Shown piece after piece: positions 1-13,844 of a stretch of 64,000 nucleotides of DNA. Made by a program: the position numbers and the translations under genes. The stretch is taken from positions 19,282,001 to 19,346,000 of the forward strand of contig NC_043016.1 of assembly GCF_006345805.1 (NCBI RefSeq), given 5' to 3'. Positions within the stretch are counted from its first letter, which is position 1. Each line of letters begins with the position of its first letter. Source of the DNA: Octopus sinensis (taxonomy: Eukaryota). The notes beneath the pieces were generated by a model. The model worked only from the letters and a program-made list of their open reading frames with translations. It did no database searches and was not told the origin of the DNA.

Positions 1-750
1 ATTCTTGTTGAAATATACATCTTTAGTGGTGAAATAGTCAATGAAAAGCTAACAGCAGTTTTCTTTGCGTGGCAGCACTATTTCACGAGAAATACTACAA
101 TTACTTACTTGTATAAGAATTAGAGACAAACAATCGTGTGACAGTCATAGAATGATTTCCCTCTTGTTAACTGCTGGCAAAATGTTGGCAAAAATACACC
201 TGAGCTGCCTCGATAACCTCGCTAACAATGTCTTGCTAGAAAACCAATGCAGCTTTCGTTGTGAAAGGACCACTAATGATGCGATCTTTGCAGCAAGACA
301 GATGCAATTAAATGTATAAAGCAGAATCAGAACCGGTATCTAACGTTTACTTGTTCTCACGAAGGATTATGATACAATGTGGTTTGTTGAGCATCCTTGC
401 TAGATATGATTGTCCATTCATGTTCGAGCATACGATGATCCAATTTCATAATGACATGCTGGAGAGTGCTGGAAGCAATAGAGATACATCTATATCATTT
501 CCTGTCTCAAATTGTGTTAAACAATGTATCTCTTAGCATCAACCTTCATTTTTTTTTTTTTTTTTTTCATGTTTTCTGAAAAAGTGTATCAGAATAACAC
601 CATCTGAAATTAACAATAGGTACGATAGTACAGGAAAAATCCAAAGTTAAGCACCTGAGCGTCTGTGAACTGATGTTCACAGATGATTGTAGATTTCTTG
701 AGGCCTGCAACAATTTTGGCTTCAGTATCAGCATTGTATTGTCAGATAAA
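1..750 (+). mobile_element. Degraded RTE-clade (BovB-like) LINE reverse-transcriptase fragment
   Basis: Frameshifted pieces read DSHRMISLLLTAGKMLAKI..NNVLLENQCSFRCERTTNDAIFAARQMQ, then GLLSILARYDCP..IQFHNDML..FPVSNCVKQ, then LMFTDDC..ACNNFGFSIS. These match in order the RTE RT motifs GISLLSIAGK / ESQCGFR..DMIFAARQLQ / FPVTNGVKQG / LLFADDC. Confidence 0.85.
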
Positions 751-771
751 AATGACTACCGAAGAATCACT

Positions 772-1012
772 CGCACGGACACACGGACACACGGACCACA
801 CACACACACACACACCACACACACACGCACACACGCACACACACACACACTCACATACTCACACACACACACATACACACACACACTCACACAGTCACAC
901 ACAAACAAACAAACATACATACCAACACAGATATGTTTTCTTAGTAGTAGATATATATAGGAGAGAGATATGATATACGCATATATATGTATAACATATG
1001 CACACAATTATG

Positions 1013-1051
<39 letters not shown>

Positions 1052-1085
1052 GCGAACGCACACATCACACACTCACACACACACA
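772..1085. repeat. Compound (CA)n/(TA)n microsatellite
   Basis: Direct reading. Confidence 0.95.
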
Positions 1086-1242
1086 CTACCTACATTTGTC
1101 AAACTATATATATAAAGTGATTTGTAATGATGAAAATATAAATTAACGGAGTCATCATTATCTAAGAATTTATAGTTGAAAGTTGTTCCATTGACTGCAC
1201 TGCCGAGAAATATTATTTATATATTTATTTCTTAATTTACTG

Positions 1243-1244
<2 letters not shown>

Positions 1245-1295
<51 letters not shown>

Positions 1296-1400
1296 ATATA
1301 TTATATATATATATATTTATTTATTTGCACGTTTTTTCTTATTATTATCATCATAAACATCATCATCATCATCCTCGTCATCGCCGTTACCATCATCATC

Positions 1401-1465
<65 letters not shown>

Positions 1466-1495
1466 CATTATTATCATCATCATCATCATCATCAC
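1245..1495. repeat. Compound (CT)n-(TA)n-(ATT)n-(CAT)n microsatellite
   Basis: Direct reading. Confidence 0.95.
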
Positions 1496-2139
1496 ATTAT
1501 TTGTTTATGTTTCCATCAATGTTCAATGTGAGTAAGAAGAAACTCAGGCGCAGATTTCTCAAAAGTTGGCAGATTGGTTAACTCTGAAGTCATACTGGCT
1601 GAACGCAAATAAAAGCGATCTGTCTGACCGTAAAAACGGATAGCACAAGCACAGACTTCTTTTGTGACATCAAGCGATCTTAAAACGCAATTTGGTTTCG
1701 ATTTGATGTGAATTCATCGGCCATAAACTTTCATCAGACGAATGTCTTTTAGAATAAACGTAGAACATAAACAAAAAAAATGGCATCTCGCTTGAACGAG
1801 AGTCTCGTGCGTTAAACATGATTACTGGGTTTGCCACGTGACCTGTGAGCCGGGAAAAAGCGTGTCTGTTCAGGGGTAGACACTTTCTTTTTCTTTCTTT
1901 TTTTTTCTTTCTTTATTCAGTCATTCTCTTTTTGCTTCCTTCTTCCTTAGTTTTCTCGTCAGGAACGAAGTGGGAGGTTCATGCAGGCGTCGTCGTCCAT
2001 TTGGGACTAATGCACGCAGTTACGCGCGCGCGCACACACACGCTCACATGTGCATACATATACTAAAACATACACACATGCACGAGCATAAACTAAGACA
2101 CTCGCATGCATAACCACACAAAAGCAGCACACGACACAT

Positions 2140-2144
2140 TTGTT

Positions 2145-2180
<36 letters not shown>

Positions 2181-2320
2181 GTAGTAGTAGTATTAGTAGT
2201 ATACACATATACTCGTATGTGTGTATGTGTGTGCAAGTGAGTGTGTGTGTATGTGTGTTTGTGTGTGTATGCAAGTGAGTGTGTGTGTACGTGTGTGTTT
2301 GTGTATGTGTGTGTGTGAAT
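2140..2320. repeat. (AGT)n followed by degenerate (TG)n
   Basis: Direct reading. Confidence 0.9.
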
Positions 2321-2574
2321 TTAGTTGTGTTTACATATATGGTGGATGCACTTATGCGTGTGTAATACAAAATTTGTATATTTAATAATTATAAGAAACA
2401 CATATGTATATATATGCGTGTGTGTGTGCGCGCGCCCTGCAAACATTATTTGACGCACACACATGCATACATAAATATGTGTACTCTATAAGCATAATCA
2501 TAGATGTGTGTGTTTATTGTACTTTCATGGAGGAGTGTACAAAAAATGTGTGTTCACAAACATACACGCGTGTA

Positions 2575-2955
<381 letters not shown>

Positions 2956-2964
2956 AATATCTGG

Positions 2965-3175
2965 TACATATGTATACGCACAAGTACAAGCAGTGTGGCC
3001 GAATGCTTCAGTAAATCGCTTAGCAACCTACCGATCCTGAGTTCGATTCCACTGCTTTGCATCTTGGAAAATAAGAATTTCTATACCCTTGGCCCGATCA
3101 ATACCTTATGAGTAAAACTGGGTAAGTGAAAACTATATAGAAGGTTATTGGGTGGATTTGTAATTTAAAACGTAC
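2965..3175 (+). mobile_element. Old, diverged copy of SINE family B (5' half)
   Basis: gagttcgattccactgctttgcatcttggaaaataag..ggcccgatcaataccttatgagt aligns to gggttcagtcccactgcgtggcatcttgggcaagtg..gggccggccaatgccttgtgagt of the copy at 51797. Confidence 0.55.
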
Positions 3176-3529
3176 GGCCTTGTCACATACACTGTGTTGC
3201 GCTGATTTCACTAGAAAATTTTGTTTAAAATAGAATTACCTGTGAAATGCTAGCGGCTTAGTAAAGTTAGTATTTTGGTTGTTCAAACAAGTGAATCCTC
3301 ATCGTCCAGCAACAGACACACTCCGCACTCAAGCAAGTACATCGATGTGCGTGTGTGTGGTTGCACCTAGTTTAATAAATTGAGATAGATTTTTGTGTCC
3401 CATTACTGGAAAATTCATGTATTGAGTCACATACTAATATGCTCTGGTACACGTCGCCATAAACTGCAACACATCCAATGTAGACTTCATTGTCTACTAC
3501 CACAACCGTTTTCCATGACTCACGCAAAT

Positions 3530-3890
3530 ACTCGAACACACATAAACACACGCATACAAACACTCACACAAACAAACGAACAACGCACAAACTCATACAA
3601 ACACACACACACACATGCACGCACGCACACACACACACACCACAAACCCTCACACAAACAAACGGAACAAACGCACAAACTCATACAAACCACACACATA
3701 CGCACACACACACACAAACCCTCACACAAACAAACGAACAACGCACAAACTCTCATACACAACACACATACGCACGCACGCACACACACACACACACACA
3801 CAAGCACAAACCCACACAAATACACACAGACACACACAAACACACACATACAAACATACACAAATACGCGAGCACACATACGCACCATTG
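3530..3890. repeat. (CA)-rich array with a thrice-repeated cacacaaacaaacg(g)aacaa(a)cgcacaaact module
   Basis: Module visible near 3565, 3651 and 3722. Confidence 0.85.
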
Positions 3891-4760
3891 TATATTATTG
3901 CTCACCATTCTTTATTGAATCTCACAATTGTGTATTGTCACTTGCCTTCTTACATTGAAATACTCTGTTGTGTGCCGTCACCCTATGTCCTGGCACACAA
4001 TTTTGCATCATACACGTCATTTAGTTCTTTCATCTATTATTGTCTGCTGGCACACACCACTGTGTGTTGATACACAACCTTGTCACACACTGAGTCGTAT
4101 AGATGCAACTTGAGAATTAAGCGTGTTTGTTGAATGCTTATCCATTTACAAGTTAATTCAGCAGCAAGTAACATACGTACATCGTTCTGTACTGATGTAC
4201 GCCATTTTGTTCAGATGCATAGTATTTTTGTTTTAACATACATCATTGCTCACTCGCAATTAAATACATCGTTCGTGCAGACTAAAAAACATTTCTTGTC
4301 AAATAATTTTAACATGTCTCTGACGGGACATTCTAAAAAAAACATATCTACTCAGATCGTGCCCATTGAAAGATACTTACAAACAGTGTAGCTCGTATGA
4401 TTAGTAGATGTTCTGCTCAAATACCACTCAACTGCATTGAGCATTTTACTTAAGATCAACTTGTTAGGATATAACGACATCGAAAATATGGCCAAGAGTT
4501 ACAGTAGTAATGTTCTGTTTTAAAACCAATTTGTCTAAGAATGCTTTTTCTGCAGGGTTTTTTTTTTTTGTGCATTACAGATACAGATACATATATACAT
4601 ATATAAACTCACACATACATGTATATGTGTACACACATGTGTATACAAACACATATAAATATATATATATATATGTGTGTGAGTGTGTGTGTGTGTATGT
4701 GTGTGTGTATACATTTATCATATATACATGTATATACATGTGTGGGGGGAGATAGTGTGG

Positions 4761-4791
<31 letters not shown>

Positions 4792-4812
4792 TGTGCGTGT
4801 GTGTGTTTAGAC

Positions 4813-5945
4813 AAGAAGTTTCCAAAAAGTAGCCATCGTTTTTATCGAACTTATTGCTTTGTTTCAATGCAAAATAGTTCTGGTGTACGTTGATACATCT
4901 CTTCCAACGTTTTTTGGCCTTTTTTTTTCAGTCTCTTACCGTGTCCTGGGACGTGTTTTCGGGGATAATACATTGTTATTGTAGCGAATTCTGTTTGATC
5001 GCTTCTATCGTTTGAAATCAACAATTTCCTAGGTAGACTTCAGCTTCAAGAAGAAAATAGTCTGCAGACGCCCGATCTGAAGAATAGGACAGTGGGTGGA
5101 GGTAAAGGTCATACAATGGGCAAATTCGTTATCATGCTTGTTCCTTCGGTTTTTTGTTTCTTTCTTTCTTTTTGTTTATCAATGTTTCAAGCGGCTTCTT
5201 TCGCATACCTTTCAAATGTTCTTCAAACCAACCAATTATACCTCTTTCTTCATCATATCATTAAAAGTCTTCCAATTCAACACTCTTCAACATAATCTTG
5301 AGATTTGAGTGCGTTTTTGAGTGCGTTTTTAGGGGTGAGTGGTGGATGTGTCTTTTTGTTTCGATATCGTAGCAGTATACCCTCATCCCATCACCAGTTT
5401 TGAAAGTTTCCATAAGACCTACATCAGCAATCGGACTATCACAAAACTCATGATTGAGTCGAGGATCTGGTTCATCTGTCAGCAGAGGAAGAGCAAATTA
5501 TGCGACAACACGACGCATTTTCATTTTTTTTCTTTTAAAATCCTGGGACACGGATTCTTACATATGTTTTATTTCGTTAACTTTGTGGATGATGTCCAGA
5601 CCACATTTAAGATTGTCTTCATAAGTTGACCTCCTCGATTTCAAACGATGATATCACTCACTATATTTCGAGTGGCCCAAGCATTTCTCCTCGCAGGTTT
5701 GAAATATAAGAAAAGTTTCCATAAAAGTCGATTTGCAACAAAATTTCCTGCAAGCGACGTTGTTCCTCAAAGTCTTACGTTGTTCAGTCTTAAAGAAATA
5801 ACCAAACGCACTAAACAGCACGTGTATAGTGATAACTGACTTGGCTTGATGTGGTTATTATTAGACTGAAAGTCAAGGTCAGCCATATATCACACTGCAG
5901 TGGCGAGCGAACTGCCACCGCTAGTTGTCAAGCTGCTTTAAAACT
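4813..5945 (-). mobile_element. Decayed mariner-type DNA transposon (transposase pseudogene)
   Basis: Minus-strand pieces in the correct order: MKMRRVVA*..LLTDEP (mariner MRRVAAKFVPRLLT), FKTGDGMRVYCYDIETK (ITGDETWVYGYDPETK), SNLKIML, YSSDRASADYFL (YSPDLAPxDF), FQTIEAIKQNSL, KKRWKRCIN. Many stops; TIRs not clearly resolved. Confidence 0.85.
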
Positions 5946-5965
5946 TTCGTTTCTTTTGTGCGCGC

Positions 5966-5966
5966 A

Positions 5967-6010
<44 letters not shown>

Positions 6011-6040
6011 GTGTGTGGTGTGTGTTTTTTGTGTCTGTCT

Positions 6041-6112
<72 letters not shown>
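5966..6112. repeat. (TG)n and (GTCT)n microsatellites
   Basis: Direct reading. Confidence 0.95.
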
Positions 6113-6113
<1 letters not shown>

Positions 6114-6627
6114 GTGTTGTGTTGTGGTTCGAGTATTGTGTAAACGTACTGCTAAGAAGAAAAATAATTCACTGTTTGTGTGTAGAGTAAGATTTGTTTT
6201 CAGGAATTGGAAGGTTTTCTGTATATCATAGTTCCAGCCAGTTTCATTTCTCAAATGTTTAAAATTCTTATATATCTTCGGAATTTTTTTGTCGCTATGT
6301 CTCAGAAATATAATTTTGTCAGCATACAACAGTAAATGGTGATTATAATAACAGTAGATAATTTGAGATATCTTGACTAGGAACGGGGAGGTAATAGTGA
6401 GTTAATATTTAAATGGAATGATGTTTTTGTGTCTAGGTGTGGTCTGAGTGGATATCTGGCTTTAAAGGTGTAAATATAGAACAATATAGTATGTCCTATG
6501 CAGCTTTAGGAATATGGAGATGGATAAAGTGTGTGGCGAGATAGAAAGAACCAAACATTGAAACAAACATGATTATTGTAGTAGGGGTAGATAAGATGCT
6601 AAATGGTCAAGCATTAATTTATAAAGC

Positions 6628-6658
<31 letters not shown>

Positions 6659-6661
6659 TAA

Positions 6662-6692
<31 letters not shown>

Positions 6693-6959
6693 TAATATAA
6701 TAATATGAAGGAATATTATTCCAAACTTACATAGAAAAATTCATTTTAGAAATACTAAATCAAATTTCACAAAATATAATATATATATATAAAAATTAGA
6801 AAAAAAAGCACCTTTTATCAATTCAAAATAAAAAAATTAAATTACGCCATCTAGAAATTTACATTTTATAGATTAAATATAAGATAAAAAATATATATTG
6901 ATGATTAAGTAATGTGCAAAATAATAAATAATACGTATATATTTGGTATATATATATAT

Positions 6960-6997
<38 letters not shown>

Positions 6998-7416
6998 TGT
7001 ATGTATGTATGTATGTATGTACATATGTATTACTTGTTTAGACACAGGTCAACTTTTATGATACACACCAAAACTACAGTTGAGAATATCCGTTCAGTCA
7101 TTTTAGGTGTATCTGGGAATTGTCTAGCCTAGCTGTCCTTAAAACAAAACGATACAGCTTGAAGGACATATGGGTGATATTTCCTGCAAATCAAACGATT
7201 GTGAAAAGGCTACTTAAGTAACTGGACACCATTTTGTATTTGTTTTCAAGAAGAACATGTCGGTTTAGTATACGTTTATATATATATATATGCACACACG
7301 CTCACACACACACATATACACAAACACATACATATATATGTGTGGGTGTATATATATATATATGTATGTGTGTTTGTATATATATGTATGTACATATGTA
7401 TGTATACATACATATA

Positions 7417-7461
<45 letters not shown>

Positions 7462-8097
7462 ATTTACATATTTTTAGAGAAGGTTGTCGTCTTGTAAGGC
7501 TGGAACATGTGAGAAAGTACAAAGTAACTACAAAAGGAAAATAAAAACAGAACGAAGTTGTATTTCTATATTTCAGGGTGAATACCCCTTCTTCACGACA
7601 TTTGGAAAAAGCGATAGTTGGAAAAGGGCGTTGTGGGGAAAGAAGTAGAGGAGGAAGGAGGAAGGTCACATGCGCATACTGGTGTTGCTATACTAACCAG
7701 TCTACTTCATGTAGTTCCGTGCCGTTAATAGCTGGTCTCGAGTTACATACAAGATTCTTTCTCTAATGGCAAGAAAATGTGAAATAAACGGAATATTGGC
7801 ATACATACATACATTCTTGGTTCGATATCAATGTACGATTTTCGAGACAAATGCCTTCTACCATAGCTTCAAGTGGACCAAAGTTGTGACTGAAATTTGT
7901 GAAAAGGAGCTGGAAACTTAACTTTTTAATAATTGTACAAACGGGACCCGTGTAAGTCAGCATATTCAAAACCATGATGTTGATAAATTAAACACAAACA
8001 AGGAATTTCAAAATGAATCATATGATTTGATCAAAATTGTACTTTTAAGTAAAACATTTAATTTCAATTCTGTTATCTATCTATTTGCATATCCTAT

Positions 8098-8320
8098 TTC
8101 TTTACTGCCTACAAGGGGCTAAACACAGAGAGGACAAACAAGGACATACAAACAGATTAAGTCGATTATATCGACCCCAGTGCGTAACTGGTACTTAATT
8201 TATCGACCCCGAAAGGATGAAAGGCAAAGTCGACCTCGGCGGAATTTGAACTCAGAACGTAACGGCAGACGAAATACCGCTAAGCATCTCGTCCAGCGTG
8301 CTAACGTTTATGCCGGCTCC
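8098..8320 (-). mobile_element. tRNA-derived SINE family A, Tx1-like tail variant
   Basis: Reverse complement has a tRNA-like head with B-box (gttctgagttcaaattcc), the central gtcgactttgcctttcatcctttcggggtcgataaattaagtaccag, and the tail tttgtcctctctgtgtttagccccttgtaggcagtaaagaaa. Other copies occur in the window. Confidence 0.9.
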
Positions 8321-8560
8321 ATTAATATATCTCTCTATCTGCATGGATATATCTGAAGACCCACCTATCTAGTTGGTTAGCTTTCTATTTGAAAGTATAT
8401 ATGAGTAATTAACTATCATATCTACTTTCCCTTCTGCTGATGTACGTATGCCTGCTGCCATTATACCGACAAGCATTTAAACCTAATTTCGAAAATGAAC
8501 AATGGTAGTGCCCCAATATGGCCACATTATTCCATTGTGCTTGCGATCTCTTCTCTCTTT

Positions 8561-8595
<35 letters not shown>

Positions 8596-8745
8596 ACACT
8601 TTCTCTTTTCTCTCTCGCTCTCTCATCTCGTGCTTTCTTTTTTTTTTTCACTGATTCCACTATTTTCGTTTATTTAATTGTCTCCCCTTTTCTCACTTCT
8701 CCTCTTCTGTCCTTCTCCCTCTCTTTGTATTTCTTTCGCCATTAA

Positions 8746-8960
8746 AGGCAGCGAGCTGGGAGAATCGTTAGCATACTGTGGAAAGTGTTTAGCGGCATTT
8801 CGTCCGTCTTTACGCTCTGAGTTCAAGTATCTTCGAAGTCGACTTTACCTTTCAACCTTTCGGGGTCGATGAAATAGTACTAGATGAGCTCTGGCGTCGA
8901 TTACATCGACATGCACTCGTCCCCAAAATTTCAGGCTTTATGCCTACAACAGAAATGATA
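8746..8960 (+). mobile_element. SINE family A, alternative tail variant (ccccaaaatttcaggc..tgccta..agaaa)
   Basis: Head aggcagcgagctgggagaatcgttagc and central gtcgactttacctttcaacctttcggggtcgatgaaatagtac. Confidence 0.85.
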
Positions 8961-9144
8961 TTTCTTTCTCTATTCGTATTAATACTTCCTTTGGCGTAAC
9001 ACACGGACAAAACATGCAAAGCGCAGGAACAAGCAGAATAATATTGTAGAAGAGATATTTGGCTGTTAACAGAGACGGTGTTTATAATAAAATGTTTCTT
9101 TGCTTTTGTTTTGATAAAATGATCCCTAATCTCACTAAAAACCA

Positions 9145-9185
<41 letters not shown>

Positions 9186-9187
<2 letters not shown>

Positions 9188-9575
9188 TAGCGTTGCTCGA
9201 GCTTATTTTCTTTTCGACCCTTTAGAAATGGAGTTTTTGAAAAGTAAAAATTTTGCATTATGTAGCTTGTTATTCTCTTTAAGTGAGCATTTTTCTGGTT
9301 GAAATCACCGAAAAATGGCGACACAGCAGTCAAAAAATCGTAAAAAATAGGGATTTTCATAGAAAAAAAGCACCTTTTTGGTGTAAATAATTTTTGGTGT
9401 TAACATGGTCCGATTTGAATTTTTTCTTCTATGGAAGGAAGATCAAGCCTTCTTCTATCATACTCTCAATTTTTGTCAACTTGCGCCGCAGGGTCTCGGA
9501 GGAGATAGTTGAAGGCTACCAAACCTGCCATACACAGACAACTTCAGCTTTATACATATATATATATATATATAT
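9186..9575 (+). mobile_element. Non-autonomous Helentron/DINE-1-like (HINE) element
   Basis: Begins tactagc..gcgttgctcgag inside a (TA)n run and ends ggaggagatag..acagacaacttcagctttatacatata, the terminal architecture typical of DINE-1/HINE elements. Recognised from general family features. Confidence 0.6.
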
Positions 9576-10156
9576 ATCGTTCACCTTGCTGCAGGTAGTA
9601 TTATTTATGAGTATAACGGCTGGCACCTGACATCTTACTCGATTTTCATGTTTTTGACCATTAGAGTGTCATGAAGGACATTTCATATTTTATCAAGGGA
9701 AAATACTTAATATTTTTCTAACCTTGATTCCTACTAATATGTAAGCGCACTAAGTTCTGCATCTGACCTCTGCCATTAAATGAGAGCCAAGTTCCAGTAT
9801 AAACTCTGATATCTTTTCTTTTTCTTTCGTTCCTTTCAATAAAGCCTGAATGATCGCACCAAATATGAATCATTAAATTTACATAAATGAATATGCTCTA
9901 GTGCATGTATTGAGTAGCCTTTTTCTCATTTGCACATCCAAGCATAAATATATTCGAAGTTGATGATTCAGTCCGTCACTAATCATTGAGTGTGATCTAT
10001 CAGATGTGTGTATGTGTGTGGTTTTGCGTGTGCGTGTGTGTGTTTGTGTGTGTAGGTATGTATGCACACACACATACATGTATATGCATATGTATATGTG
10101 TGTGTGCATGTGTGTGCGTGTGTGTGTGTGCGTTTGTGTGTGTGTGTGTGTGTGTA

Positions 10157-10188
<32 letters not shown>

Positions 10189-11159
10189 TGTGTGTGTGTG
10201 TGTGCATTTCTTATATCAAAAGTCGACAGTCTACTCTGAGTTTCGTCCCATAAGTCTTCGCAACATCCACATTCTTGCCACCATTCAAGACAAGAAATGG
10301 CTAAACCATAATACCATTAATTCTAGTGTTCCAGTGGTGGGGAGTGAGTTGTAGATGGGGGAAATGGGCGTGTGTATGAATGGTTCGTTCCATGATTTCG
10401 GTTCACGGCTGAACTGTTTGCATCGTTGCTAAATTATGCTCTCGGCCTTTTAGAAATAGCCTCCCTTATACACCGGTCCCTGCATCATTCATCCTGATTA
10501 AGTATTGGCCTTTGTTTCTGGGCTGTGTCAAAGGTCGAGACCAAATGTCAAAACTATGAATTTAAGGGAACCTGGTGAATCTCATGATCAATTAGAATAC
10601 TTTGCATCGCTTTGATGCTACCCATAATCAATCGATAATATATGTTACTAACTGTAAGAGGCTGGTTTAGTCCACCTGTGTGCGTTAAATGACCTAGTCT
10701 CACTAACAACACAATGACAACTGAAGCAAGTTCACACAGCGAACATCGTCAACAACAGTAATTGCAACAACAGTAACAACTACTACTATTGCTACAACAT
10801 ATAATGATACTATTGCAGTAGTACCTACTACAAAGCACGCTAAGCAAAACTGAAAGTAGACAGGAAAAAAAAAAAGAGAGAACAAAATAAAGAAGTCATG
10901 TGGAAAGGGAAGAGAGGCAGAGTGAGAGAAGTATTTACACTAATTATCGCTTTTGAGAATTTGTGGAGGGTTTTGTTTCTTTTGTATTTGTTTGAATGTT
11001 TTGCTTTGTTTCTTTTTGTCTTTGTTTGTTTTTTTTGTTTTGTTTTTTTTTTTTGGGGGGGGGTTGTCAGTTACTTATATAAAAATTGAAATATATGTAT
11101 TTATAAACGCACATACTCGTATATACATATGCATAATTATATATAGTTATATCATATTA

Positions 11160-11625
<466 letters not shown>

Positions 11626-12051
11626 TTGTAGCGTTAGTGTTATATATGGGAGTGATACTCCGAACAAATTGGAAAAACGAAAATGAGCTCAGTCTATGGA
11701 GAGAGAAAAATATATATGGTTCTATAGTTCCAGTTTATAGCACTCCGTTACTTAGAGTTTTATGTTTCAACACTCGGATATTACTCAGACAAGGAGAATT
11801 ATGTACAGACGGAAGCACGAAGTCCTTTGTAACGAAATGGTGTAAGCCGGAGCTATAATAAATATACTTAATATGTTAGTCCGAAGTTTTCAAATATTTT
11901 CTCGTTGTTCGCAGAATGGTCGTGTATGCTGTAATATATGCAATATATCTACTCATACATGTTAGGCGGTGGGGGCGCATGTTTATAATAAACATATAGA
12001 TAGTTTTTTATGTATACATATATGTGTGTGTGTGTATATGTATATATATAT

Positions 12052-12123
<72 letters not shown>

Positions 12124-12124
<1 letters not shown>

Positions 12125-12290
12125 GGCGCAGGAGTAGCTGTGTGGTAAAAAAGCTTGCTTTCCAACCACATGGAACCGGGTTCAGTCCCACTACGTAGCA
12201 ACTTGAGCAAGTGTCTTCTACTGTAGCCTAGAGCCGGCCAAAGCCTTGTGAGTGGATTGGTAGACGGAAACTGAAAGAAGCCTGTCATAT
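12124..12290 (+). mobile_element. SINE family B (CORE-like, tRNA-derived), 5' half
   Basis: aggcgcaggagtagctgtgtgg..gggttcagtcccact..cttgagcaagtgtcttctactgtagcc..gacggaaactgaaagaagcc, followed by a (TATG)n expansion at 12296-12470. Confidence 0.9.
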
Positions 12291-12377
12291 ATATATATGT
12301 ACGTATGTATGTATGTATGTATGTATGTATGTATGATATTTATGTATGTAATGTATGTATGTATGTATGTATGTATG

Positions 12378-12408
<31 letters not shown>

Positions 12409-12426
12409 TGTATGTATGTAATTATG

Positions 12427-12459
<33 letters not shown>

Positions 12460-12782
12460 GTGTATGTATGTTTGAAATAATGAGTAGAGATGACTTTTTG
12501 AGGGGATAATTTTTATTTTAATCTTAATAATAATGTTTACAGTGAGTTACATTGATATGAGTTTCAAGCTTCAAAGTAGCCGTTTTCAAACTAAAAAATA
12601 TGTTTTACTGATTGCTAAAATGGCAAAAGATTTTCTTATAAGTATACATACAAAAAATATACACAAAAAGGGAAAAGAAAAAAATAATAAATAATAGAAA
12701 TAAAATAAAAAATAGATAGATATAATGAAAAATAATAAAATATATCTTCCTCTCCTCTCTTCACACGTTCTTTTGTATTATA

Positions 12783-12814
<32 letters not shown>

Positions 12815-12815
<1 letters not shown>

Positions 12816-13015
12816 TTCTTTATTGCCCACAAGGGGCTAAACATAGAGGGGACAAACAAGGATAGACAAAGGGATTAAGTCTATTATATCGACCCAGTGC
12901 GAAACTGGTACTTTATTTATCGACCCCGGCGGAATTTGAACTCAGAACGTAACGACAGACGAAATACAGCTAAGCATTTCGCCCGGCGCGCTAACGTTTC
13001 CGCCAGCTCGCCGCC
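12815..13015 (-). mobile_element. SINE family A, Tx1-like tail, internally deleted
   Basis: Aligns to 8098-8320 but lacks the aaggatgaaaggcaaagtcgacct segment. Confidence 0.9.
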
Positions 13016-13844
13016 TATATATATATATAAGGGGTCGGAGTACGCAAATGTCATTGCAGACTTGCTAGAAACAGCAGGTAAAGGATAGGGTTTCTGAGAT
13101 AACTTCCTTGTAAGTTGAAATAGAAGATCAGGTTTTGAAATACACTCTTCACTAACAGGAATAACAGAATAGGAAAAGGTAATTTCTATAGGATTTGAGC
13201 TGTAATTTGGCACACAGCAAAAAATTAACATAATTTATACAGAACTTTAACTGTGTGTGTATGTGCCAAAGGAAGTTCTTTCTGCATACTTTTCTTCATT
13301 CCAAAAGAAGGAAATGAAGTTAGTGAAGTTGTAAACATGTTGACAGCATAAGGTCTCTGTACATTATAATGAGAAATTGAAAGAGGGAGATAATGCCTAA
13401 TTCTAATCGTGCGTAAAACATGGGACGAAAGTGAAAATGACCTGAAAATTGTGCGACCCGATCTCGTTTATGGGGTTCTCAGCGTCTCCTTCTCTCTCGC
13501 TTTCCCCCTCTCTTTGTGCCGGCTTTCTTTCACCTTCACCTATAGAACGTATATGCAGTATCAACTTTCTGCTGGCTTTTTTTCACTTTCAACTATAAAA
13601 CATTGAGTATGAGACATCAGCATTTCTCTTTCACCTGCTATCCCTGTCTTTCATCTTCTCCTACAGAAACATGTTTTCGGTCTTTGTTTCTTTCTCTTGT
13701 GTCTCTGTCTTTTCTAATTCTGTGTTTCTCTCGCTCATTCCGTAAATATTTATTTCTTTATGCTTTGAAGAGAGCAGAAATTGAGAGAAAAGAGAAAGTG
13801 AAAAGGAACTGAAAGCAGAGACTGAAGGTTTCATACTGGCGACA

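Noticed and set aside
1690-1745. Minus-strand CTGATGA...GAAA as another hammerhead
   Set aside because: Stem II pairs poorly, and there is no stem III/NUH or stem I complement downstream.
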